A stretch of DNA of 64,000 nt. Source: a virus (lineage: Duplodnaviria; Caudoviricetes). Both the position numbers and the translations under genes were made by a program. The notes under the pieces were generated by a model, which was not told where the DNA came from, ran no database searches, and was given only the letters and a program-made list of their open reading frames with translations. The stretch lies in IMG/VR virus record IMGVR_UViG_3300042922_001473; one strand, written 5' to 3'. Below are positions 40,683-51,455 of this stretch, piece after piece. Every line of letters starts with the position of its first letter. The first letter of the stretch is position 1.

Positions 40683-40880
40683 ATGAAATCAATAGTGGAA
40701 AAATTTAAAAAGAAATCAACTCAAAGCAAAACTAATAATGAAGAATCAGTTAGACATTTCTCAATGAAGGAATTAGAAGAACTTGAATACATTATGGAAT
40801 GTAAAGAAGATGGATTCATTGTACCAGAAAAGCCTGAGAAAAAGAGTTTGTTTTCAAAAATAAGGACATTGTTTAATTAA
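40683..40880 (+). CDS. small protein with C-terminal amphipathic helix
   Basis: AAGGAG RBS; KKSLFSKIRTLF. Confidence 0.6.
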   Translation: MKSIVEKFKKKSTQSKTNNEESVRHFSMKELEELEYIMECKEDGFIVPEKPEKKSLFSKIRTLFN

Positions 40881-40909
40881 AAAATTTACGAATACAAAAG
40901 GAGATAATC

Positions 40910-41686
40910 ATGGAAAACAATCAAAAGGAACTAATCATGGAAAAAAATAAAAAGGAACTAACACCTACAGAGTACTTTGATAATGTAAAAGGTAGAAAGC
41001 AACAAATAACAGATGAAGAATTGTTATCAATTTATGATAATTGTTTAACTCTTGCTAAAAAGTATACAACTACTGGACAAGTATCAGGACTTCGTAAATT
41101 AATGTTTCATTTAGAGACTATTGAAAAAGAAAGAAACATAGTTAAGATGGGTATTAATACTTTTGTCTACAGAGACGATATTGAAGAGTATATTGATAAT
41201 ATTGCCAATAATGCTGTTAAAATTATTGAGTTAGAGAATTACGAAAGAGAAATTCCTGATGAAATAGTTGAAATAATTGAAAAGGTCAAAGATGAATTTA
41301 CTCAGCTTTATGTTCTTTATACAGATTATACTGGTAAGGAAGAAAAAAGAGTTGAGAAAATAAGAAGGGATAAAGACCCTATACTATTCGGCACATTCAG
41401 AGATGAAAAAAGCAGAACATTAATTGATAGGTTTTATTTCTTAGGCGATTGGATTGACGAATACTGTGATTTGACGCTTGATAAAATGGTGACTGAAATT
41501 AAGAAGAAAAAAGGTAAAGATGTTACCAGAACAATCAGCACTCCAACAACAATTGAGGAATTAAAACAACAATTAGAAACTTTGGAAAGAAAAAATGGGA
41601 AAAATGATGTTTTCGTTATTAATAATAACAGTCCTAAAAAAACAGGTTTCTTTAGCAAAATAAGAACATTTTTAGGAGATAAATAA
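40910..41686 (+). CDS. conserved phage-type hypothetical protein
   Basis: LENYEREIP, YTDYT, DPILFG, FYFLGDWIDEYCDLTL; KKTGFFSKIRTFL tail. Confidence 0.75.
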   Translation: MENNQKELIMEKNKKELTPTEYFDNVKGRKQQITDEELLSIYDNCLTLAKKYTTTGQVSGLRKLMFHLETIEKERNIVKMGINTFVYRDDIEEYIDNIANNAVKIIELENYEREIPDEIVEIIEKVKDEFTQLYVLYTDYTGKEEKRVEKIRRDKDPILFGTFRDEKSRTLIDRFYFLGDWIDEYCDLTLDKMVTEIKKKKGKDVTRTISTPTTIEELKQQLETLERKNGKNDVFVINNNSPKKTGFFSKIRTFLGDK

Positions 41687-41734
41687 TGGATGATATTATG
41701 GAAATAAAAATAGGACAAATAAGAAGTATATAGG

Positions 41735-41953
41735 ATGGGACATATGAAAAAATTAATTATTCCGTTGTTAATTGCGATTATATTTGTATGTATCATTGGT
41801 TTTTTTGCTTTAGCTGAACAAACATATTTTATGAAAGAACAAATGCAAAGTGAAATTAATGTACAACAAGAAGAAATAAATGAACTCAAATCAACTATTG
41901 AACAACAAGACAAAATAATTGAAGAATTTAAGGGAATTATTATTAGATATTAA
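41735..41953 (+). CDS. membrane-anchored coiled-coil protein
   Basis: N-terminal TM segment. Confidence 0.55.
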   Translation: MGHMKKLIIPLLIAIIFVCIIGFFALAEQTYFMKEQMQSEINVQQEEINELKSTIEQQDKIIEEFKGIIIRY

Positions 41954-42038
41954 TACTTTTAGTTTTAGTAAGACTTCACTTCCTCTTAAGTTAATCATAT
42001 TAAAAATAGAGGAAATATAAGGTTTTAGGAGGTAAATA

Positions 42039-42422
42039 GTGAAAAGCAATATTGACTTAACAGAAAGTAGACACTTTCAAAAAGATACAAGAGATTCAAA
42101 AATAGCTTCATTAAATAAGATTTCTTCTGATTTTTTAGTTAATAGAATTAAACTTATTCAATTAAACAAGACATTCCCATGGGATTTTAAAAGAAAAAAA
42201 CTAAGTGAGGAAGCTAATATTGAATTATTTCTTACTGGTAGCAAAGAAGACCGTTTATACAAGAAAAACTGTATTGATTATGACATTGGTACTCAGTGCG
42301 AATGTTGTGGCTTTGATTTTAGAAAAAAACTATGGTTAAATGATAGCTCAAGACTATGCCCAAAATGTATGAATTATCTTGAAAATAGTATGAGAAAAAG
42401 TAACAGTATATTTAATATATAA
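42039..42422 (+). CDS. hypothetical zinc-ribbon protein
   Basis: CECCG...LCPKC; AGGAGG RBS. Confidence 0.6.
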   Translation: MKSNIDLTESRHFQKDTRDSKIASLNKISSDFLVNRIKLIQLNKTFPWDFKRKKLSEEANIELFLTGSKEDRLYKKNCIDYDIGTQCECCGFDFRKKLWLNDSSRLCPKCMNYLENSMRKSNSIFNI

Positions 42423-42687
42423 GAATAGTGAGGATATTGAAATGGAAGAAAAAAGAGAAAATACTGTATTGGATTTGTTAATGCTTTTGCATAACACAAA
42501 ATTAGAAGCACCAATTAAGGTTAGATTAAATGATAAGCTTTATGATATTTCGGCAGTAAGTAAAAAAAATATGATGGTATTTATTGATGCTGAAGAAATT
42601 AAAAAATAACAAAAAGCAGGTAATTTCTTACTGTTGAGTATTGATAAAAAAGTGCTATAAAATAGAATTTATGGAAGGATTGATATT

Positions 42688-42966
42688 ATGTGTGGAATAA
42701 TTAAGGAAGTTACGATAAAAATTGATTGGACTAAATATGTATCAGAAACGATTGATACTCAAAATTATTTAAATAACATTGTGGAATTTTTTAATTCTAA
42801 TGATGTTAAAGAAGTTATATTTTTTAACATAGGTACTTATTCTAAATTAGTTTCATTAATTACTGATTTAAAGTCATTAGCAGAAAAGGGAAATGTTTAT
42901 GTAGAAAAGGATTCTGTAATATACAGACCATCTCTTAACCCCCTATCTTTTAAAACATGGTTTTAA
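42688..42966 (+). CDS. hypothetical protein
   Basis: GAAGGA RBS. Confidence 0.5.
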   Translation: MCGIIKEVTIKIDWTKYVSETIDTQNYLNNIVEFFNSNDVKEVIFFNIGTYSKLVSLITDLKSLAEKGNVYVEKDSVIYRPSLNPLSFKTWF

Positions 42967-43076
42967 ATAAACTCAACAATAACTTAAAAAGTCGTTTGAA
43001 TTGTGAATTATAGTGTAAAACAAATATTGATAAAAATTAAAAGAAGCAGGTAAATTCCTGCTTTTTTATTTACAAA

Positions 43077-44078
43077 TTAATGTTTTGTATTAAAATCGTT
43101 TTTATTAAACCTTCCAGGATAAGCTGTATTAATAGCTTCATAAGGAGAATAATTATATACTTTGGCAAGCATACCAGACAAACCATTATTCATAAAAGTT
43201 TGTTTTCTTAGTTTTAAGATAACTTCTTCATTAGACCATTTAAGTTTACATTCTATTAACCATTTAGTTGCATTTATAGCATTTCCTTTTGTCCAATATT
43301 TTTTGGGAACAGAACATAATTCCCAAGGCTTAAATAAGTTTGGATAAGCAGTATTTAAACAATCATATGTAGAACCTTTAAATAGCTTATCAAGCATACC
43401 AACCAATCCATACTTTTCAAATGTTTCTTTTTTTATTTCAATATTTTTATTACTAAACCAATCAAGCTTCACTTCTAAAAGCCATTTTGTAGAATTAATC
43501 CCATTTTCCATTGTCCAATATTTTAACGGAACATTGCCTAATTCCCAAGGTTCAAACATTTTAGGATATGCGGTATTTATCGCTTGATATGGAGAGCTAT
43601 CAAATAAAAGTTGCAACATACCCCCTAATTTATATTTGACAAATATACTAACAGTAGGTTTAATTTTTTCATTAGAATTAAACCAATTAAGTTTTTCTTC
43701 CATAAGCCATTTAGTTGCCTCTATTCCATTCTCTAAAATCCAATAATTCTTAGGAACGACTGATACTTCCCATATTTTAAATCTACCTGGATATGCTGTA
43801 TTTATAGCTTCATATAAGGAATTATTATAAACATATTTAATCATTTCTTCTAATCCATATTTATTAAAAAGACTAAATTTTGTGTTGTTAATAATTTCTT
43901 CATCTGACCAATTTAATATATCTTCATATAAAGCTTTTATTATTTTGACAGAATGTTCTTTACTTTTTTTCTTAATCCAAAAGGATTTAGATATTCTGTG
44001 TAACTTTAAATATTTAATTTCTTTAAAAAATTCAGTTATAGGTAATTCATATATATCTTCATTAAAGATATTCTTCAT
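43077..44078 (-). CDS. DUF4046-like repeat protein
   Basis: about four repeats of VP..YW..EN.I.ATKWL.E.KL.W...F.KYGL.GML...F..S.Y..INTAYP..F.PWE. Confidence 0.75.
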   Translation of the reverse strand: MKNIFNEDIYELPITEFFKEIKYLKLHRISKSFWIKKKSKEHSVKIIKALYEDILNWSDEEIINNTKFSLFNKYGLEEMIKYVYNNSLYEAINTAYPGRFKIWEVSVVPKNYWILENGIEATKWLMEEKLNWFNSNEKIKPTVSIFVKYKLGGMLQLLFDSSPYQAINTAYPKMFEPWELGNVPLKYWTMENGINSTKWLLEVKLDWFSNKNIEIKKETFEKYGLVGMLDKLFKGSTYDCLNTAYPNLFKPWELCSVPKKYWTKGNAINATKWLIECKLKWSNEEVILKLRKQTFMNNGLSGMLAKVYNYSPYEAINTAYPGRFNKNDFNTKH

Positions 44079-44193
44079 GTTACCCTCCTAATTTACCATT
44101 ATATATATAATAGTACAATCTGACAAAAAAAGCAAGGTTTCCCCTGCTATTTCACTATTTTAATATTCTATAGTATTAAACTATATAGAATCG

Positions 44194-45357
44194 CTATAAT
44201 CTTTCGGTAGTAAGTGCTATCCCATTGATTATCACACTGTCATCTATTTCGATTAATAAACATTTTCTACCACGCTTATCCAATACTTGCTTTATTGAAC
44301 CTAAATCTTTAGGACTAATTGAAATATTCGCTTTATCACTATTAATATTAATTGACTTTGAATGATAGTTTGGAATTATATTTGAAGCTTTAAATTTGTA
44401 ACTACTTCCTGCTATATCATTAAATATTTTAGATAAGTCTTCGGTATCTTTTATTCCACTTTCAACTAACACTTTTTCTATATCTGGGATTCCTAACTTT
44501 AATGGTTCGCTGTTGTCATTAGCGTCATTGTATTCCATTTTGTTATTTATTTGTTCATATACTTGTTGCATTGTATCAGGTGACATTTTCTCTTTCACTA
44601 ATGAACTTAAAATGTTTTCAAATTTTTCTTTTTCTTCTCTTGCTGTAAGAGTGTTTACACAGGATAGTATGTTTTCCACAAAATTCTCATTCTTTCTATC
44701 AGCTTTCGAGGTATAATAAATGACCTTATTTGCGTCTGCAGAGTTATCATTAAATGTTGGATACATAAATCCGTCTAAAGGTGAACTAATATTTATAATT
44801 GTGTCAAATCCAGAAGTTGCTTTAAATGTTTGAGTTTTGTGGTCAAATTTTAATGCTTTTTTAGCCATATCAATTTTATTTAGACTGCACATTATGAAAT
44901 CAAATTTATATACATTATCATCATTTCCAGATTCATCGTCTTTATTGTATTCTATTGGTTTTAGATATTCGGCTTTAATAAAATTAATAACAATATCTGT
45001 TTCCCAGTTAAAATTACCAGCTATTTTTTCAACTACTTTATCTGCATTTGCTTTAAAATCGTCAGATTTTTGAGTTTTTAATATATTATGTAGCATAGTT
45101 TGGTTATCATTGTTTCCGCTATTAATAAATTCAAGTTCGAAAACCTTCGAATCAAGTGTACCTGTTAATAGCTTCTTAAAATTCTTATAGTAAAGCTCCT
45201 GCTCTGTTTCCCCTAATCTATCAAACATATTGTTTTCAGTATGTACTATTTCCTTATTGTCACATTTAAGATATACATTATAGATTTGTTTAATATTTAA
45301 TAGTAAGTTATCAGGTTTAAATTCTTTCTTTATAGCAGATATGTCTTTTTTATTCAT
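44194..45357 (-). CDS. DUF4317 family protein
   Basis: MNKKDISAIKKEFK, FKKLLTG, GFMYPTFND, GRKCLLIEID...INGI. Confidence 0.85.
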   Translation of the reverse strand: MNKKDISAIKKEFKPDNLLLNIKQIYNVYLKCDNKEIVHTENNMFDRLGETEQELYYKNFKKLLTGTLDSKVFELEFINSGNNDNQTMLHNILKTQKSDDFKANADKVVEKIAGNFNWETDIVINFIKAEYLKPIEYNKDDESGNDDNVYKFDFIMCSLNKIDMAKKALKFDHKTQTFKATSGFDTIINISSPLDGFMYPTFNDNSADANKVIYYTSKADRKNENFVENILSCVNTLTAREEKEKFENILSSLVKEKMSPDTMQQVYEQINNKMEYNDANDNSEPLKLGIPDIEKVLVESGIKDTEDLSKIFNDIAGSSYKFKASNIIPNYHSKSININSDKANISISPKDLGSIKQVLDKRGRKCLLIEIDDSVIINGIALTTERL

Positions 45358-45401
45358 TATAATTCCTCCGTTTATGTATTAAATACATTATATCATCGTT
45401 G

Positions 45402-45415
45402 TTGACTTTAGTCAA
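45402..45415. promoter_or_regulatory. palindromic operator overlapping the -35 of the DUF4317 promoter
   Basis: TTGACTTTAGTCAA; minus-strand TTGACT-N17-TATAAT. Confidence 0.65.
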
Positions 45416-45537
45416 TGAAGAAATCAAAATTTTATATTATTCTGTGTTACACCAGATTTATTTAAAATTTACTAATTTTATATAATTTAATATATATTTT
45501 AACAACTTATAAATTTATAAAGAAAGGAGAAATTATA

Positions 45538-45960
45538 TTGACCGATTTATATACACTTGGAACAATTTATCTACTTTTGCTTTGTCTTTTAATAGTTGCA
45601 GGATACATGTATATCAAAACACTATTTTATATGCCTGGTGAAAGCTTATTGATTAGTAAAAAAATGATTAATCAAAAATGCTTATATATGTATTTTTTAT
45701 TAATTATTATAATCTTATGTCTTAATGTTTTTGTTGATGAATCAACTAAGCATATTGAAAAAGCTAATGAATATCGAGGTAAATATGTAGGATTGTTGGA
45801 TAAGCAAATAAATTTATTAGATGAATATATCGAATTACAAAACAAATATTTAATATTATTAGATAAATACGATGATACACTAATAGAATATGAAAATCTT
45901 TTGGACAAGCATGAAATATTGCAAAACGATTATCTTATATTATTAGAAAAAATAAAATGA
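45538..45960 (+). CDS. membrane protein with coiled-coil tail
   Basis: two TM segments, heptad L..Y..L repeats, AAGGAG RBS. Confidence 0.6.
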   Translation: MTDLYTLGTIYLLLLCLLIVAGYMYIKTLFYMPGESLLISKKMINQKCLYMYFLLIIIILCLNVFVDESTKHIEKANEYRGKYVGLLDKQINLLDEYIELQNKYLILLDKYDDTLIEYENLLDKHEILQNDYLILLEKIK

Positions 45961-46027
45961 AAGAATCATTCAAGAGTCTTTAATAAAAACAAAACAGCAT
46001 TAATTTAATGCTGTTTTTAATATTTTA

Positions 46028-46588
46028 TCACAAAAGGAAAGAATATTGTAATAATATTTCTTTTAAATCTTTGATGTTTCTGAATTGTTGTAGATATTCA
46101 AATCCATAAAATCCCGTTTTAACATTCCGAGCCTTTAACTGTGAACTTAATATTAAATCATCATCACTATATTTTTTCATTACTTCAATAGAAGCTATTC
46201 CAAGAAGATACAAATAATCTCCGTCTTTAACTAAAATAATTTCTGGTTTTGTTGGACTTTTATGAACAATTGGGAATTTACCAAATTCTACAGTTTTTAC
46301 TCCAATATTTAATCCAATAGAATTTAAATCAGTCAAATTATAACAGTTTGAATTTCCAATAGACCAATCAAAAAACTTAATATCTAAAAATTTTTCTACA
46401 GCTAATTCTCCACTAATACCTGTTATCCAACGCTTCAACTCAGAACCATTGTCTATTCTATAAATATATTCTTTTTCTATGATAATTTTTTTCGCAAACT
46501 TATAAATTTTTTCTTTAGTTTCATTTGTGATTTTTAATCTTACATACTTTTGTTTTGATTCTTTAAAATATTTAATAAACTTTTTCAA
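46028..46588 (-). CDS. putative PD-(D/E)XK nuclease-fold protein
   Basis: GELAV...TDL...IGVKT. Confidence 0.5.
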   Translation of the reverse strand: MKKFIKYFKESKQKYVRLKITNETKEKIYKFAKKIIIEKEYIYRIDNGSELKRWITGISGELAVEKFLDIKFFDWSIGNSNCYNLTDLNSIGLNIGVKTVEFGKFPIVHKSPTKPEIILVKDGDYLYLLGIASIEVMKKYSDDDLILSSQLKARNVKTGFYGFEYLQQFRNIKDLKEILLQYSFLL

Positions 46589-46608
46589 ACAATACCCTCC
46601 TCAAAACA

Positions 46609-46622
46609 TTGACTTTAGTCAA
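46609..46622. promoter_or_regulatory. palindromic operator
   Basis: CATTGACTTTAGTCAATG just upstream of the RBS of 46028..46588. Confidence 0.6.
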
Positions 46623-46955
46623 TGATAGAGTTAAGGGTTATTAATTAATAGATTAAAACTGTTTTATATCGTTTAATATTAAAAATAACAAAATAATAAA
46701 ACTTTGAAGTTTGTTAATAGTCTAAATTTATTATTAAGTTATTTTTACTTGATAATTTAACTTACATATGAATATAATTAAGTATTCAAGATAAAAAAGT
46801 ATGCTTATATGCTATTTTTTTAAGGAAGGACATGACCAGTAAGAACTTTAAACAGTAAAAACATTGATATTAGAGAGACTTAGACAAGAGAGAAAATTAA
46901 ATTTAGAGAAAACTTTACTTAGGAAAACTTATGAGAGATTACGGAGGACAAGAAA

Positions 46956-47165
46956 ATGGTAGGCGTTGGTGTTGGATTAAAATTATCAATAATATTTGCA
47001 GGACTTGTAATAATGTTAGCTATTAGTTTTATAGGAATGGCTATAAACAAAATAATGAAGAATGCAGAAGTTGATGAAAAAGTTCTTATAAAAATAAACA
47101 TGCGTGTAGGATTTATAACCATTCTATCACTTTTATTTTATATAATAGTGTGCATAGTTTTATAG
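46956..47165 (+). CDS. small membrane protein
   Basis: GGAGG RBS, two TM segments. Confidence 0.55.
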   Translation: MVGVGVGLKLSIIFAGLVIMLAISFIGMAINKIMKNAEVDEKVLIKINMRVGFITILSLLFYIIVCIVL

Positions 47166-47323
47166 GAGCTTGGTATGAGACAAAGACAATTAAATATGAA
47201 AAAGGATACTGGTCGTTATCCTCAAAAACTTGATTTTTTAAATACATATTAAGTTAGGGGGATAATGCATAAGGCATATTCCTCTTTTTAATTTGTAATT
47301 CCCAGTTACAAAAAATAAGAAAG

Positions 47324-47920
47324 GTGGTATGCTTTATGGGAAAGAACAGTAATGAAAATAAAACAAACAAGGTAATACAAACAAATGAAGCATCTAAAAA
47401 AGAAGTTTCATTAAATAAAGCAGTTGATGAAAAGGAGATTAAACCCGAAGTACTTAATAAAGAAGTAAATAAGGAACTCGATAAAGAAGTTGTTGACAAG
47501 TTTGGCAATGCTAAAAAAATGGCTACTAATAAAATATACGATTTTTTAGCATTATTATTTAAAAATAAAGTACAAGTTTTTTTTATGACAATTGTATTAA
47601 TTTCATTCACAATTGCTACTATAGCAGGGTTTAAAACTATATTTGGTGTCTTCTCTCCCAAAGAAGATAATAAAAATGTAGATAATACACAGTATGTTAT
47701 TGAACAAATCATAAAAACAACTGAAGAAAAATGTGAACTTGAAAAACAAATAATCATTCAACAGTATGAACATGAAAAAGAAATCACATTGATTAATTCT
47801 GAACATGATAATGAAATAAAATTACTTAATTCTGAACATGATAAGGAAAAATTACAATATGAAATTGAAGTACTAAGATTAAAAGATTTACTTATTAAGG
47901 CTGAAAATAAACCTGATTAA
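47324..47920 (+). CDS. membrane-anchored coiled-coil protein
   Basis: central TM segment; NSEHD repeats. Confidence 0.65.
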   Translation: MVCFMGKNSNENKTNKVIQTNEASKKEVSLNKAVDEKEIKPEVLNKEVNKELDKEVVDKFGNAKKMATNKIYDFLALLFKNKVQVFFMTIVLISFTIATIAGFKTIFGVFSPKEDNKNVDNTQYVIEQIIKTTEEKCELEKQIIIQQYEHEKEITLINSEHDNEIKLLNSEHDKEKLQYEIEVLRLKDLLIKAENKPD

Positions 47921-48187
47921 TAAAGGTTAATATAGAATTTTCCCATAGGGGGATATGGAAGGTGGATGGAATGAAAGAAGATTCTATAAAAAAATAAAAA
48001 GCATATATTTAAAAGAATATATGCTTTTTATTTTTTGTCTAAATGTATTATTAATGGTTAATTTTAGTAAATAAATATTTTTTTAATTTTTACTAATATT
48101 TATTTAACAATAACCGATAAATAAAAGGTAGTAAGATAAATGAAACTAAAAGGGTGGGGGTAATAATTGTGAAAAGGAATATATCTA

Positions 48188-48631
48188 ATGGGAATAGATT
48201 ATAGATTTGAAACACAACGGAAGGTTGATAATTTGGGAAGGATTATTATTCCTTCAAATTATTTAAACTTTCTTAAAATAAATATTGGCAATAAAATTAT
48301 TTCTTACATTGATAAAAACGGAAATCTTGTTTTAAAAAAAGAAAAGCAAAAATGTATTTTTTGTGATTCTGAAATTTCTTTAAGTAAGATTAGTGATATT
48401 CATGTATGTCCAAAATGCTATACATTGAATAATCGTAAACTGATAGTTAATAATAGATATTCAATAACCATTATTCAGGAAGCGTACAGATGTTTAATTC
48501 ATAAAAAACTAAGAGAAACCTTAAATATTAGTTCTAATGATTATGTCTCAATAGGTTTAATAGAAGATAAACTTGTGATAAAAAAAAGTAAGCAGTTTTC
48601 CCTGCTTACAAATCAAATAAACATTGGTTGA
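48188..48631 (+). CDS. AbrB-family regulator with tandem AbrB domains and zinc ribbon
   Basis: RKVDNLGRIIIP, CIFC...VCPKC, second I.KKLRETLNI..D domain. Confidence 0.8.
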   Translation: MGIDYRFETQRKVDNLGRIIIPSNYLNFLKINIGNKIISYIDKNGNLVLKKEKQKCIFCDSEISLSKISDIHVCPKCYTLNNRKLIVNNRYSITIIQEAYRCLIHKKLRETLNISSNDYVSIGLIEDKLVIKKSKQFSLLTNQINIG

Positions 48632-48927
48632 TGTATTGTGCTATTTAATGGATTAATAAAAAAATGAGTATCTAAGCAATTCGAAATATCTACATTTACA
48701 TAAAAATCATCATTAGTCTGGTCTTTAATGTTTAAATAAAAATTCGAATCAGAAGTATATAAATTATTATTTGAAATATTATTGCCAGCGTACATTATCG
48801 GATTGTTAATAGGTAAATCATAATAAATTACATTTTTATCATTAACTTTATTATAATAAAAACAAGCTAAGAACAAAATTAATGCAACTATAATTAATAT
48901 GACAACTTTTAACCTTCTTTTTTTCAT
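48613..48927 (-). CDS. secreted or membrane hypothetical protein
   Basis: signal-peptide-like N-terminus. Confidence 0.5.
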   Translation of the reverse strand: MKKRRLKVVILIIVALILFLACFYYNKVNDKNVIYYDLPINNPIMYAGNNISNNNLYTSDSNFYLNIKDQTNDDFYVNVDISNCLDTHFFINPLNSTIHQPMFI

Positions 48928-49483
48928 TTATTTTACCTACTTTCATATTTGATGCTTAATTATCTCAAAAATAAATTTTAATTTAAATAGATAATTAGTC
49001 CTATACTGTTTTATGCGTAAAACAAATAATTTATTAGGAATTAATAAATAAAAAAGCAGTTATAATAACTGCCTTTTTTGACGGATAATGTTTGTGTGTT
49101 TTTGAGGAACAAAATCAAAAGTATATATATTTGTAAAATAAATAGCATTTAAATATATACAAATGAAATAATATAATATCCCATTCCTAAACCAACAACG
49201 ATAGAAAATAAGTCCAGAATTACATCAATAATCCTCTCTTGAACCCATTCTTTTTTTCTAAAGTTTTCTTTTATAGAAGATATTTTATCCTTTAATACTT
49301 TCACACTAACACATCCTTTATTATTCTGATATAGTTTTATTAGCAACGGTATTACTTTTTATATAATAAGTATATACTTTATTCATATATTATTAACTTA
49401 TATGAATTTTAAAGTTATATACTTATTATATATCATATATGCAATAAATACATAAACTATAATTATAGTTTATAAGTACTTCT

Positions 49484-50479
49484 CTATGCGATTTTTTTAC
49501 TCTTAATTAAGTAATCATTATTTATCACTTTCATTGATAAGTTAGAACATAATATTTCGCTATAACAAGGTATCATTGGAATTATAACTATGCCCTCTCT
49601 TTGATGATTTGAGCTTTCGTAAACACCTTTAGCAAGTTCTAACAATTCTTCTAATGTGAATTCAAATGTAACATTCAGCTTCATAGGCACATGCTTTAAC
49701 CCATACTTTTTACAGAAATCAATTAATTCTTCAGGGCTTAGATATGACTGAGTATCATTATTAAATATTCTAAACACGAATAATTCATTTTCTTTTAATC
49801 CTAACTTATTTTTCATTATCCCAGGACCTGCTATTTCTCCTTGTATAGAATAATTCCCTGCCTTTTTCAATATTTCAATAATATTATATTTCTTTTCCAT
49901 TTTCCAGTAAACACTATTTTCGTCTTTCAATAAGCTATGTGTATGACTGCATACATGGTAATCATCATTATTCTTTATGTAAGAAGCTGAATACCCGTCT
50001 ATTTTTGTTGTAATTGCTACTTTTTTACCCATAAATTCATCTATAAGTTTTGGGAATGATTGTACTCTTTCTTCACCTGTTTTACTTACTATAGTTGGGT
50101 GATAACCTCTTGATACGCCTATCATTTCTTCTGGAAATTCATCCTCATATTTTTCAACACCAAGCAACTCAGTTACATCTTTTCCTTCAAAAATCTCTGT
50201 ACTTGTTGGAAGAATATCGGTTGTCCAGCATAACCCTTGTGATAACTGCCCACGAAGTCTAAGAGTTTTTAATCTGTAATTATTGATTGCCATATATTCA
50301 AATTCAGGTATTTTAGGTAATATACTATCTATTTCAAAGTATATACATAAATCCCCTTCTTTAAATTGTCCTTTCTTTACTACACATTTCCAACCTAATA
50401 TTGTAGCTATATCTAATGTATCAGCATTAAAATGTGGTACAAGTTTTGTAATTTTCTGAATAGATGCTAACTTTCGCAT
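49484..50479 (-). CDS. RNA ligase, DRB0094/Rnl5 family
   Basis: MRKLASIQKI, GWKCVVK, YFEIDS, LRGQLSQG, KIDG (motif I), QGEIAGPGI, REGIV, KVINNDYL. Confidence 0.9.
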   Translation of the reverse strand: MRKLASIQKITKLVPHFNADTLDIATILGWKCVVKKGQFKEGDLCIYFEIDSILPKIPEFEYMAINNYRLKTLRLRGQLSQGLCWTTDILPTSTEIFEGKDVTELLGVEKYEDEFPEEMIGVSRGYHPTIVSKTGEERVQSFPKLIDEFMGKKVAITTKIDGYSASYIKNNDDYHVCSHTHSLLKDENSVYWKMEKKYNIIEILKKAGNYSIQGEIAGPGIMKNKLGLKENELFVFRIFNNDTQSYLSPEELIDFCKKYGLKHVPMKLNVTFEFTLEELLELAKGVYESSNHQREGIVIIPMIPCYSEILCSNLSMKVINNDYLIKSKKIA

Positions 50480-50587
50480 TAAAATCCCCTCTTTCTTCCT
50501 AACTTTTATAATATTTTTAACTTATCTTCGGAACTTTTTATTTTTTTTTTAAATTCATTTTAGTTATATCTTGTTTAGTGTATTAAT

Positions 50588-50803
50588 TTATAAGAGCTTA
50601 CCTAATAACTCATGTTTTCCAAATGTTAATTTGTCAGAATTAAATTTACTTGCAAAATTAATATCCGTCTCTGAATACTTGCAACAAGCATCTCTAAAAC
50701 TAAATCCACTTGATACGCCTATCTTTATTTCATTATTATCCGTTTGGTAATATATTTCAAATTCCAATTTATTTTTTTCACTTGCCATAAGTTTACCTAC
50801 CAT
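50588..50803 (-). CDS. hypothetical protein
   Basis: 71-aa ORF. Confidence 0.5.
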   Translation of the reverse strand: MVGKLMASEKNKLEFEIYYQTDNNEIKIGVSSGFSFRDACCKYSETDINFASKFNSDKLTFGKHELLGKLL

Positions 50804-50836
50804 TTGCTATTTATTTATTACAAAAAAATACTGTTT

Positions 50837-51346
50837 CTATCCAATACTTCCTATATAACAATAACTAAAGTCACCCTCACTTAAATCCTCTAACTCAAGC
50901 TCAAGTTCTTTATCAATTCCATATAGTTCACCGTTATCGTCATAAACTTCCACTATGTCATCATAATCCCGTACTGCTAAATAAGTGTTTCCTTTAGTAA
51001 AGTTCTCTAATGTATCAGTATTACATTCAATTACTGTCTGTTTTGGATATTTTTTTGCACAATACATTTCAAGTGAAGTATTTAAACTATGTGCAACTCT
51101 TTCTAAATCATTTTTAGTATAATCTTTATATATGTCAAATGTTTTTCCGTTTATAGTAAGCCAATCAAGATTATCTGTAATTTTTAATATTCCATCTTCT
51201 CTTTCTGCCTTTAATTTATAAAGTATAAGGTCATGTATATCCCTTCTTTGCATAGCAAGCCCCATAACCTCGTTACCTTTTGCATGAGTTGTTTCATATA
51301 TGTTCTCGATATATTCTTTACATAATTCTTTTAAATTAGTACCCAT
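50837..51346 (-). CDS. hypothetical protein
   Basis: AAGGA RBS. Confidence 0.65.
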   Translation of the reverse strand: MGTNLKELCKEYIENIYETTHAKGNEVMGLAMQRRDIHDLILYKLKAEREDGILKITDNLDWLTINGKTFDIYKDYTKNDLERVAHSLNTSLEMYCAKKYPKQTVIECNTDTLENFTKGNTYLAVRDYDDIVEVYDDNGELYGIDKELELELEDLSEGDFSYCYIGSIG

Positions 51347-51455
51347 ATTTAATCCTTCCTTATAAGTTTTTATATACTTCTTTAGAGTTTTTGTAATTCT
51401 TTAAAATGTTGAAACCTGAATGTTGTCACATTATATAAACCATACTATCTAACAC

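Noticed and set aside
41434-41913. Antisense ORFs in the track (also 1261, 2596, 7862, 8082, 11569, 26425, 30650, 38574, 44513, 44837, 47254, 54823, 57670, 60176 and similar)
   Set aside because: They are shadows of better-supported genes on the opposite strand, with no RBS and skewed composition.
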